DNA from: Azolla caroliniana
Taxonomy: Eukaryota > Plantae > Polypodiophyta
Direction: 5' to 3'
Length of the DNA: 64,000 nucleotides
NCBI GenBank assembly: GCA_043228905.1
Contig: JBHGNT010000008.1
Location: 10,478,001-10,542,000, forward strand
Shown: one piece after another, positions 13,520 to 25,320 of the stretch
How the letters are laid out: every line of letters starts with the position of its first letter
Position numbering within the stretch: position 1 is the stretch's first letter
Program-made: the position numbers and the translations under genes
The notes under the pieces: generated by a model
Told to the model about the DNA's origin: nothing
Seen by the model: only the letters and a program-made list of their open reading frames with translations
Database searches by the model: none

Positions 13520-13795
13520 TGACAGGAACTGCACGCTCCCTATGCGCAACGCTCGGCCACAATGGAGCTTAGAATCATACACAGAAAAACGGGAAATGAA
13601 AAGCACGACACAATGGAGAGAGGAGTACACAGGATGTTAGCGTGGAAAAAACCCAAACTTGGGGAAAAACCATGGCAGCCCACAGACTGCAAACTATCAC
13701 TATATTAGAATGTACAATAGTGAGCTCACGAAGGCAACGACCTCGTGCTCACGATCTTCGCCATAGGCGGCGGTTACAACAGAGGCAGCGACCTC

Positions 13796-13835
<40 letters not shown>

Positions 13836-14209
13836 TACACAGTTACACGCTCTCAAGTCTCTTTCAACAAGAATGACAACAACTATGTATATTCTGTTTG
13901 GCCTAAGTCATATTTATACTAATATGACATTTCGGCTATTTACAAATATAGCCCTGATGGACTCTCAGAAACATATTTACAAATATGTCCCTTCATCCGG
14001 TGAGCACTCCTCACCAAGCCTGCATCATCCGGCACTTGCCGGGTACTCGTCATCCGGTTCTCACTGGGTCTGCACCATCCAGCTCTCCGTAGCCGGGTAC
14101 TCGTCATCCGGTTCTCATTGGGTGTGCACCATCCGGCTCTCCATAGCCAGGTACTCGTCATCCGGTTCTCATCGGGTCTTAACCATCCGGAGGGACCTGT
14201 TTCCTAACA
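13520..14209 (-). repeat. 5' LTR (690 bp) with three copies of a 54-bp repeat
   Basis: Repeat units at 14041, 14095 and 14149; the 3' LTR has only one. Confidence 0.92.
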
Positions 14210-16902
14210 ACATAGGCTTGGAAGACAAGACTATTGCTGACTGGGAGTCGAAGAAGAAGATAGTGCACTCTGGGTCGGCCGGCAAAGATCGGTTAGAAGA
14301 TGCAAGGATACATCAAGTTGGAAGTCGGATGTCAGTCGAAGACCAGGATGAACCGGCTGGATTCGGACAAAGAATCAAACCGACCGAAGAAGAAGAAGTG
14401 GACGTTGGAACCGAACAAGAACCTAAATCAGATTAAGATGAAGAACAGTCGGAGGAACTGGTGGTCAGAAACCAAGGAAGAAGATATCCTCTGAGAGAGA
14501 GAATGCCCCCCCGGAGATTTCCAGATGCAGAGCACGTCTTACTGACCGACGGGGGGGAGCCGAAAAGCTACGAGAAAGCAAAGAGAGACACCCATAACCA
14601 CACGTGGTTAAGTGCCATGTAGGATGAGATATATTCCCTTCAGGAGAACCACACATATGAATTGACAGAGCGGCCGAAAGGAAAGATAGCGCTCTGGAAC
14701 AAGTGGGTGTACAAGCTGAAACGGGAGACGACGGAAATCCACTGAGATACAAAGCCCGGTTAGTGGTGAAGGGGTTCCGATAGAAGAAAGGAGTGGATTT
14801 CGATGAGAACTTTGCCCCGGTAGTCAAGATGACATCCATCCGGACGGTGTTGAGCATTACAGTGGGCATGGACCTAGAGGTCGAGCAGCTAGACGTCAAG
14901 ACAACGTTTCTGCACAGCAACCTCGAAGAAGAGACCTACATGCAATAGCTAGAGGGGTTTGTCAAGAAAGGGAAGGAGCACTTGGTATGCCGATTGAGAA
15001 GAGCTTATACAGACTGAAGCAAGCTCCCCGACAATGGTACTAGAAGTTCAACTCCTTCATGACCGACCAAGTATACCACAAGACGCAGACCGACCACTGC
15101 GTATTCGTGAAGAATTTAGACGGAGACGATTTCCTGATACTCCTGTTGTATGTGGACGACATGCTAATCGTCGGACCAAACCAAATCAAAATCGAAAATC
15201 TGAAGAAGGCCTTGAACCGGACCTTCTCAATGAAAGATCTGGGTCCGACAAGACAGATCCTAGGGATGCACATAGTCCGGGACCAGGCGAAGAAGAAGTT
15301 GTGGCTGTCACAGGAAAAGCACATGAAAAAGGTGCTTCAAAGGTTCAGCATGTCGGATGCTAAGCCGGTCAGGTCGACACTTCCGACAAACTGCAAATTG
15401 TCCGGAAAGCAAAGCCTAAAGACAAAGGTAGAGAAGTCAAAGATGATGAAGATACCATACGTCTGTGCCGTTGGAAGCTTCATGTACGCAATGGTGTGTA
15501 CTCAGCCGGATATCAGATATGTTGTCAGAGTGGTCCGCGGGTTTATGAGCAATCTAGGAAGAGAACACTGGAACGCGGTCAAGTTGATACTTCGGTACTT
15601 GAAAGGTACCTCGAGTATGTGCCTACGATTCAAGTCTGGAAAACCTCAACTTGAAGGATTCACGGATTTGGATATGTCGGTTGATGCGGATACCAACCGG
15701 TCAACATCCGGATATGTCATGACATATGCAGGGGGAGCCGTATCGTGGCAGTCGAAGCTGTAGAAGTCCGTTGCACTGTCGACAATGGAAGCGGAGTACA
15801 TGGCGGTTGTAGAAGCCGACAAAGAGGTAATTTGGATGAAGGATGTCATTGAAGAGTTAGGGATCCGACAAGAGGAATTCCGGCTCTATTGCGACAGTCA
15901 AAGTGCCATCTACCTCGGGAAGAACGCGGCCTACCACTCTCGAACCAAGCACATCCAAAGGACATATCACTGGCTCCAGGAGAATGTAGAAGATAAAGAG
16001 TTCTTGCTTACGAAGATCCACACGGAGGAGAATGGGTCAGACATGTTGACCAAGGTGTTGTCAGCCAACAAGCTGGACGTGTACCAAAGATGGATCAGAA
16101 TGACGAGACATCCCATGCCGAAGTGAAAGGGGAGTTTGTTGGCAAAGATGTCCCTCTGGATGGGATCTGGATGAGATGGATCGGACGAGCCGAAGGAAGG
16201 AACCAGACTGGATGGGTCCATAAGGTATCCTAATATCGGATTGGATGGATTCAAAAGGAGTCCGGTTGGATCCGGCATGAACAAGCAGATAGGAACATAT
16301 TCAAACGTGACCGTTGAGGTCATATTTGTAAATAGCATGTACGTTATATGAGTATAAATATAACTAGGGCAAATAGTGTTTCATTATGATGAGTTGTGGT
16401 CATTATTTTGTTCTGTAGAGTGTAAAGAGATAGAGTGAGACATACAGAAAGTATTTTTTGTTGTAACCGCCGGTTGGCGAAGGCATAGAGCTTGAGGTCG
16501 TTGCCTCTGAGCCTTGCATTGTAACCTTTTCTTCTCATAGTATAGTTGGAGTCTGTGGGCTCCCGTGGTTTTTCCCTATTAGGGTTTTCCACGCAAACAT
16601 CCTATGTCCTCTTTGTTGTCTATGTAAATGTATGAATCTCCATTTCTGTTTTGTTCTTCCATTGAGTTTAAGACTCGGTTGTTGCTGAGTGTTATTCCGC
16701 ACAGAGCTCGACTTCTTCTTCTAGACGATTACAACACTCTCACACTCCCTTAGATTACAAAAATGATTACCAAACAAATCTATGTGATTCACACTTTTTT
16801 CTATAATAAGTTTGCCCTAGATGTATATATACTTATATACATTATGGGCTATTTATAAATGTAGCCTCTAATCGGCTATAGCCAAATCAACCTTCAACTC
16901 TC

Positions 16903-17274
16903 TACCGGCCTTCATCCGATTCGGCTCTTTGCCGATCCGACATCCGATTTGGCTCTCTACCGATCCAACATCCGATTTGGCTCTCCAACTCATCCCATCC
17001 GGAGGGACCAGTTCTCCCAACACCATGGACTATCTTGAGAATTGCTATTGTGTGCATGCATACCCAAGGGAATAGAATCTGATTCAGCTCTTTACCGGCC
17101 TTCATCCGATTCGGCTCTTTGCCGATCCGACATCCGATTTGGCTCTCTACCGATCCAACATCCAATTCGGCTCTCCAACTCAACTCATCCCATCCAGAGG
17201 GACCAGTTCTCCCAACACCATGGACTATCTTGAGAATTGCTATTGTGTGCATGCATACCCAAGGGAATAGAATC
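16903..17274. repeat. ~190-bp tandem duplication spanning a Copia LTR terminus and its flank
   Basis: TACCGGCCTTCATCC...GGAGGGACCAGTTCTCCCAACA|CCATGGACTATC...GAATAGAATC occurs at about 16903 and 17093. Confidence 0.85.
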
Positions 17275-20200
17275 CATGTGTGTGCATGTTGTACCTAAGA
17301 GGAGAATATAACGAAGAAGTGACTCTTTACTACCCTAAATGTTTATATTGAAGGTTTAAAATTGTACTCCCCACAATCCCAATCCTAAGCTTCTTTAATG
17401 CTTCTAGAGTAAAAGTCCAAAATCTCGTTCCTAATGTCCTTTCTCCCATATATTTAGATCATAATCATACTAGCACATTAGATGTGAGAGCCTAACATTG
17501 GCCTATCCTTCTTTAAATTTCTAAAAGAGATAGGGTTAACTAGCTCGACTTGGCGAGAGAAATGATATATTCCGATAATTGTGCAAAAGCTATGAAGCAA
17601 CTATCATGTGGAACATGTTGCGTGCACTTGTTCAAAAGTCTTTTGTCATGGTTGCACTATTTCCTCTTTAATATGGCATTGAAATTTTCGAAAATTTCCA
17701 TTGTTTCATCTAGCATAGTAGGTTTTTAAAGTACCATTACGAGCCATAAGTTGACATGACTTATTTTTAAGCACTTGTTTGTTTGTCTCTCTCACTATTT
17801 GCTTCCTCTTAGAAAGGGAAACTCTTATCCAACAACTTGGTTGGCGAATTCATGATCTTGAAAGATTTTAAATTTGAAGGGGGTAAATCAAGGGTAGAGA
17901 AGGTCAATCACGATGTAAATGTAGTATTTTCCCATCGGCTTGAGAAGATCAATCAAGCAGGGACTCATTAAGCGTTAAAATGCTCATTGTTATCCGAAAC
18001 TTCACAATTAGGTAGTTGAGAAAATTGGGGCATCAAAACTCTCACTTTGTTGCATAGAGAGAGAGTATTTACTAAACACTTAAATTTGAGTCAATGTTGA
18101 TTCTACAGTGGACATGTTTTGAGATTATAGGTGTTGGCCTTTTGTTTATTCAAATAAATTGTTCTCATAGTTTCACATATAATCAATCACCAAGCCAATA
18201 GAAAATGTTTACGAGTTGATTTTACTTGACCAATGAAGATACCTACTAATCCAAATTGTGTTGGTATTTCATATTTTCAATCCAAGAAAAATACACTTTG
18301 AAGGTTGGGTTTAAGGAGCCCACCCCTTCATTTATCCTACCTTTTATGTTTATTTAGACACAAACATTCATGTTGAGTGCTCAGAACCTTCCCTTGTTTA
18401 AGGGGAAACATTCCATCCACTCATAATAATACTTCACACCTCACATAGCAATGCACATATGGCGAACACATATTCACAAATCATAACTCGTAGAATGTGT
18501 TTGTTTACTATGATGAGATCATTGTTAGTGGGAAGTAAATACTTTGGTCGATGAATGAGGCAATATTTTTTATACTTCCCCGGGGAACAGGAACATTACA
18601 TACATTGGGGGGCGAGCAAGAAAGAAACAAAAAATGGGAATGGATTGATTTCCTCCCTGCAATTTTTTAATGACGGATTGAAAGTGTCATACACATAACT
18701 TGATTGTTATTTTTGACTAAGATCAAGTGAGGAGGAAGAAGAAGCTCCCCTTTCCTTATCAAGTATAAATAGAGAGAAAGGCCAATGCCTAAATTGTAAT
18801 GTTTGGATGTGACAAGAGTTTTAAACACTATACATATGCATGTGTATGTGTGTTATAGTTGAGTTTGACTACTAAAGGTGCTGAAGATTTTTTGACTTCT
18901 TGTTAAAACTAGTGAAGGAACCATCAAGTGCATTTAAATAGATGTGTTAGTGACTTGTTTTATGTGTGAGAAAGATAAAAAAGCAGAAGTAAACTTTCTC
19001 TCATGTCATTGTTTTTTTCTTGTACAAAACATTTGGGTCCTAGTAAACAAACCGTGACAAGTAAATTTTTAATGAGGAAGCAATGGGCATGTTGCTTGCT
19101 CTTGTTGAATAAAAACGAAGAAGTTGTATATGATTTTATCATAAGAATGGGCATTATTATATTTCCCGTCCACGCATTGTAAGGATAGTGCATTTGACTA
19201 AGTAAAGAACTCTGTTGGCTTGCAAGGTGTAGGGCGGTGGAGAGTTTGAATTGTGTCATAGAGTTGAAATCCCGCGGGGCAAACATCAATCGTTCGAATG
19301 CAATCCTAGAGAACGGCGAATGCAATCGTAGAGATCGAAATTATTGTTCAAGGGAAACATAGTTTCTCCTAAACTTCGAGGTTGAGACATAAAGCACCAT
19401 GAAAGAAACAGAAGAAGGGAATAACTTTGTGTATCATTCATTCATTGTTTGGAAGAAGCACAGCCTTTTCTTCGTTACAAGACATGCAAAGGCCTCGTCA
19501 TCAATGAAGGAAGTAGGACATACTTCTTCTCTATTTCTCTCTGTTTTATGTCTGTGTCTGCATAAAAGCGATGGGCCGTGAGAGAATCGAGAAAACCAGA
19601 CGGAAGGAAGGAGCAGGCAGAAGAGAGGCGAGTTTTTAAAATAAATAAAAACAATATACAAAGCTGCAGGTAGAAAAGGATAGGAGGAACTAATAATAAT
19701 AATAATAAACCAATAAATAACTCCCTGCAAAGACACAGACACAGAGAGGGATGGGACGAGAGAGAGAGAGAGAGAGAGAGATCACCGCTGACACACACAC
19801 ACACACACACAAAGAACGAAGAACTCAGTGGATTATTGTACTTTCTTCTTCTGCTTTTAACACTTTTTACCTCTTCAAAAAGATCTGCTTCCTGTCTGTC
19901 TTCTTCCCTTAAAAGTTAAAATACATATCCATTGTATGCATCTCCTCCTCCAATCCTTGGACACATCATCATCATCATCATCAAAACATGGATTGCTCAA
20001 TTGTCATTCAAAGTGAGATTTCTTCATTTTTTGTGTCACCACCCCCCTCCCCAAAGCTACAAACAATCAATCAATCACTCAACTCAATTCACCTTTCCTT
20101 TTTCAAATGTTCAAAGAAAGAGCTTTGGCTTCTCATTTCCAATGGACGCATGCAGAGCACGCACATGTATTCAACCAGGTCGGTCCGCCTTACACTTCTA

Positions 20201-22104
20201 CTACTTGGTGATGTCTGTTGTGACAGTGTCGACAAATCCGAATTTCCATTTTCTTCGAAGTTTCTTGAATGAGTGTAATTATCCTCGTGCTATGTTATAA
20301 AAAACCTTGAATGTTTTACCGCCACCCCCCACCCCCCTCACTTTTAACTCATGAGTTGTGATGCATCGAGAAGTCGAATTTCAAAGACATATAAACCACA
20401 TGTGACATATTAAAAGTTTGAAACTTTTTCCTCAAGGGGGGATTGGCTCCATTAAGGGTAGAATCACTAGATGTTATGACCTTGGCAATGTTATATTGCA
20501 CATTAGAACATTCAACTGTGGCCCACCTTTGTTAGACACTAGAGCATCTAGCAACCTTGGTAAGAACTTCTACCAAGCTCTAAATATGGCACTACAATAA
20601 TTAGTCGTAACTTATGTCAAGGATGGGATTTTGGCTATATCATACATGAGGCACTAAATATGTGATGAGGATCCAATTCTCTCTCATGTGGGGTGTAAGG
20701 TCGAAGCATGAGAAATGCAAATTGTTTGTTCGATCATATGCTTCAAAAGCTTCCCTTGAAAACTTGCAACTTGTGTGTATTTGATATAACCAAACCCTTG
20801 AGCACAAGGCCATTGTGAGGCAATCTTCTGTTGTAAGAGTAATCTTGGGGTGGGTTCCATTAATTTTTAGAGAATTTGTTTAATGATTTGATAATCTAAG
20901 AGACCTACTAAACATAAAAAGGCACATCCCATCTATCCTAAGCGAGTTCAATGAGAGCATAAGGAAGCACATAAACATCCAAGTGGGGTTACATAAATAT
21001 ATTGCCACATCCTCATGAGTTTATGTGACGCTTGGTGTTTGCTCGATATGGTACAAAATAAACTAGCATGTCGGCCCAAAGACATGGGTGGTTGTTCATG
21101 ACTTAGATGTCAAATCATGAGGTCTAATTGCTTGAGAACAGTGACTGGTAGAAAGGTGATGTGTGTGAGGTTACTCATTTGGTTAAATAGGACAAAGTCT
21201 AAATCGGTGGACTCAAGGCATGATGTGTAATAGAGTAATTTTGTGTTGAGGGAGTAACTTAATTGTGAGAGGGTCATTGAAAAGGCGATTCCACCAACTG
21301 GGAATGATAGGTCAATGTGTCAACTATAAGTCTCCTCAAAGAATGTTCTAATGTTTGTTTTGTTGCTTTTTGTATGCTTTTGTGGTGAACCATGGGCACA
21401 AATATTAGAAGCTCGTCGAAAAGATATTTGCCAAAATCATGTTTTTCAAGCGAACAATGAGCATAGGCCAGATGATTAAACACATCTAGAATATTTAATG
21501 GAGTGACCCCCTTATACGAGACCCTTTGACATATAAAGGATGTAAAAATATTAAAAAAACATGAATAATATGCTTAGGAAAAAGCTAGAAGTCTACAAAG
21601 TGTCCAAAATGAATGTAGGGTTATTAAGCACGTGGATAATTCTGACAATTGCTCCTTAAGTGTGATTGAGATTAATCAAATCACATTAATACTACTGTAG
21701 CACCACAATGCTCTCAATATTTCATGTGCTAATGAGTGTTACCAAGTTGAATATCTTGAATGTGCTCAATCTTGTTAAGCTGCTTTTCATGACGAAGCTC
21801 AAACACTTACCAAGAAATATTATTATATACTAGGTAGAATGTTGGAAATAAACAACAAAGTTATATACCTAATACATCCGATAAATTGAACTCAAAGCTA
21901 TAGACTATGCATTCCTTCAACCTAATGACCTCACACGACAAAGTTATTACATTACATATTTTTAATGTTTTGATGGCTCCTATGGGGCGTTTGGTTTAAC
22001 CTACAATGATGCCATATCCAATGAATTGAGCTCCTTTGGTGATAGAATTACATACAATTGGTGTACCGAATACCGGAACAAACTCACGTTACAAAGTGGC
22101 ATAA

Positions 22105-22105
22105 G

Positions 22106-22160
<55 letters not shown>

Positions 22161-22344
22161 ATATATACATACGTATATGTGTGTAATTAACGGCAGTGAG
22201 GTTGAGGTGAGACAAGGCGAAATATAAAACAACAAAAGAGCGAGGGATTTAGGGAGAAGAAAAATGATGGGAAGCTAAATTATCTTATTCGTCCTTTTTT
22301 CTTCTTTTCTTTCTTTTTTGTGTAGATAAATAAATAAATAAATA

Positions 22345-22381
<37 letters not shown>

Positions 22382-22489
22382 GCCTCTCCATTTTAACTAT
22401 ACATATGTACTAAACCAGGAAAATAAAAGCGCAGCAGCAAGCAAGCACGCAAGCTCTCTTCTTCTTCTTCTTCTTCTTCTTCTTCTTCT

Positions 22490-22545
<56 letters not shown>

Positions 22546-22560
22546 GTGTGTGTATGTGTT
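22105..22560 (+). repeat. Microsatellite-rich promoter/5'UTR of the CLE gene
   Basis: (GC)n(AC)n at 22105-22158, (TA)n(GA)n at 22348-22381, and (CTT)n(CT)n at 22458-22541, upstream of ATG 22621. Confidence 0.75.
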
Positions 22561-22620
22561 TCCAGATCAGTTCTGAGGAGGATAATCCAAATCAGCTACT
22601 GTAAATAAATTATAAAAGAA

Positions 22621-23626
22621 ATGCAGATCTGTTGCAACAGGAGTGCTGCTGCTAATTCCATTCATCTCATCATCAACATCGCCCATAATCCATGCAGCAG
22701 CAGGAGGCTTCTTCTATTCTTCAATCTTCTTCTTCTTCTTCTTCTTCTGCCCCTCTTCTTCCACTGTCACAATATCTCTCCAATAGTGTCTGCAGACGTT
22801 GCAGCCGATCAGCAGCCATCTACGATTCCTCCTACCTTCAATCACAATCTTAACAATAATGCAGGTATAGTAGTGTAATTCGCTTATAATTTTAAATATT
22901 AATATAGTTAATCGGCATAATATCCCTTCCATGGCATTACCAGTGGCCCAATAAGAATGCTGGCCTGGCCCATAAAACAAAAACCAAAACAACACCCCAC
23001 TAATTCATGCGCACTAATCTCTTTCTAAATTAATGTTTCATCTGAACATATACGCAGCAGTGATTATGAAGCTGCCGAATTATGTGAGTGCTCACAGTCA
23101 CAATCATGGTCGTCATTTTGGACGCACATTGCTTGGAGCCATGGACGACGATGTGCAATATCACGACGCAGATGATGATGATGATGATGATGATGAGAAG
23201 AAGAAGAAGGTGAGAAAAATAAACAAATCATTGAATCATATATATATTAACAAGTTTAATGAAAAATTGAACACAATTTTGTGATGATTTGATTTCAAGA
23301 AGTATTTAATGAGGAGGATGATAATGCATGCGTTACAGGGAATCAAGGGTAAAAAGAAGGATAATCATATGGTTCACTACAATTATTATGATTATGGCTA
23401 TAATAAAGTATTAGATAAAGATGGGTACAGTACTACTAGTACTAGAACGCGAAGTGGGATGGATTCCCGATTCCTGCATGCGGTGCCCAAGGGACCCAAC
23501 CCCATCAGCAATTCCTTACACCCTTTCCGTCGTCGCCGCCTCATCTTTGCTTCTATCAATCCACCTCCACCTCCACCTCCCCCTCCACCTCCACCCCCAT
23601 CATCATCATCAATTATTATGTTATAA
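22621..23626 (+). CDS. CLE: CLE/TDIF-like (H-type CLAVATA3/ESR) secreted peptide precursor, 3 exons (22621-22864, 23058/23061-23209, 23339-23626), about 227 aa
   Basis: Hydrophobic signal/anchor LLLFFNLLLLLLLLPLFF. GT-AG introns are phase-consistent (phase 1, then phase 0). The 12-aa motif HAVPKGPNPISN at 23477-23512 matches TDIF HEVPSGPNPISN at 10/12 positions. Confidence 0.85.
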
Positions 23627-25320
23627 TGCACCACCTCATTATTAATTAATACTCCTCCACATTTCATACATACATAGATCTGCTATACTTCTGTAATTAC
23701 CAATTTTGCTATTGATTCATCATTCTCTGATTCAATGTAAATTGTTTCTTTTCTTTTCTATCTTTTTTTGATCATTTTTTTTGTATGGTACGACGACCTC
23801 ATTACTTCAGCAAAGTCATTCAGGGATATTTTTTTGAGGAAAATCAATCTGTCCGAAAACAAACTTTCAAATTATGAATGTTGTTGTTAGAAAATAGCCA
23901 TGAGCCTTTTTTTTAAGTAAATGCACACCCACGGGTTTTATATGATCTTGATTAAGTTTCTGTTCTTGAGATTTAAATTTTAACTTATAGAAAAACTGTT
24001 TTGCAGCATTGTTCCTTAGGTGTCATTAATTATGCCCTCCTAAATTCGGCGGACCACTTTTAGATGATTAGAATAAATTAGTTAGTACAGCTTCCCCCAA
24101 AAAATAAAAATAAAAAGTGATTGTGTGTAAAGATCATGTTAGCATTGATTCAACCTTACCCTTGTCTCCTTCTTGCTAGTCCAGAGCTTAATTTAGAGCG
24201 AGCAGAAGGAGAAGCTTCGATAATAATCTGTAATCAGACCCTTCCAGAAAACAAATGTTTGCTATTAACCTCGATCGACTGATTGTTTATGAAATCTATT
24301 GATTCATCTAATGGAAAGGCCCATAAGTTACAGCCATTAATCTCTACAATATTATAATTCAGTTTGTCCTGACATAAAATCAAATGGTTGGGCATCATGA
24401 CCCATTTCCAGATCCTGGAGACCATCAAAGGATTGTGTCAGACATGTCTGTAAAGGGGTGGATCGATTTATTGCACGGCATGTTGTTTAGAATCATAAGC
24501 GTGTGTCGACATGTATATTGCACAGTAGGTTGTTTAGAATCAAAATCATGTCATTCATTTCCAAGGGAAAAAATGTACGGGTATCACTTTCCTCTAAGAA
24601 AATAAGTAATCCATCGCTTCCTTTGCATTGATTTGAAGAAACAATACAATGTGTCCTTATAACAGAGATCATTGAAAGGAACCAAAGATTATTAGTTTCC
24701 TTAAATGATGGTGTTCATTCCGAATTACGTCTCTGTATAGACGCTAGACTGTGTTTAGTGTCTGAAAGGCAAAATTACTAGAAATTCATGCATGGAGTCC
24801 AAATGTAGCTCGAAAACGGATCCCTTGTAACTATACTTCGTAGATCCATCCTGCTACCTCATATTTCCCCTCCTTCTACTCATCAAGAATATCCTCAATC
24901 CTTGGTATCAGTAATCTTATATATTTTCTGATTGCAGTCGTGTTAATCAAATGTGTACTCATACATACATACATACATGCATGCATGCTTGGAACCGATC
25001 AAGAATAGCATCAAATAAATATATTCCTTGGCCTCACAAAAATGGAATGATAAGTACCGTCTACTTTCTACTTGTGCCCTAAATTAAGGACTGTATCAAT
25101 TGAAAAAGGAGGAGACATGGATTGGGTTGAACATCAATGTTACCTTAGATTAGACTCTATTTATTCTATGCTCAATTATGCTCCTACTCCTAATCTCGTT
25201 TTGTGGGGGCTCTACTAACCTTCTCATCACCACCCACCCACCCACCCACCGCACATACATATACATAGATACATATATATATTTGCATAGTGCTGCTGTG
25301 ACCGACTCTTCCCTTCTATT

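Larger units (their letters stand above)
8846..14209 (-). mobile_element. Full-length Ty1/Copia LTR retrotransposon (Tork/Tnt1-like) with TSD ACATA
   Basis: LTRs 8846-9425 and 13520-14209; TSD ACATA at 8841-8845 and 14210-14214; PBS TGGTATAAGAGC at 13505-13516; PPT near 9426-9437. Confidence 0.95.
8790..16736 (+). mobile_element. 5'-truncated Copia (host of the 8846-14209 insertion): post-integrase region, RT, RNase H, 3' LTR
   Basis: FGYRVWDLVDKKVFQSRDI (8790-8845) resumes as LEDKTIADWES after 14214. RT LYVDDMLI; RNase H YCDSQSAI; PPT AAAGGGGAGTT; LTR from TGTTGG at 16137 (end approximate). Confidence 0.85.

Noticed and set aside
13642-14436. 264-aa ORF with repeated YSSSGSHWV
   Set aside because: Antisense read-through of an LTR, its 54-bp repeats and adjacent Copia sequence.
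17300-18500. Possible old LINE/TE remnant (also 20400-21500)
   Set aside because: No recognisable motif could be read; too degenerate to call.
19610-19635. miR156/529-like GCAGAAGAGAG
   Set aside because: Only a short partial match, with no complementary star arm found.
23398-23667. Gly-rich minus-strand ORF
   Set aside because: Antisense of the poly-Pro CLE exon 3.
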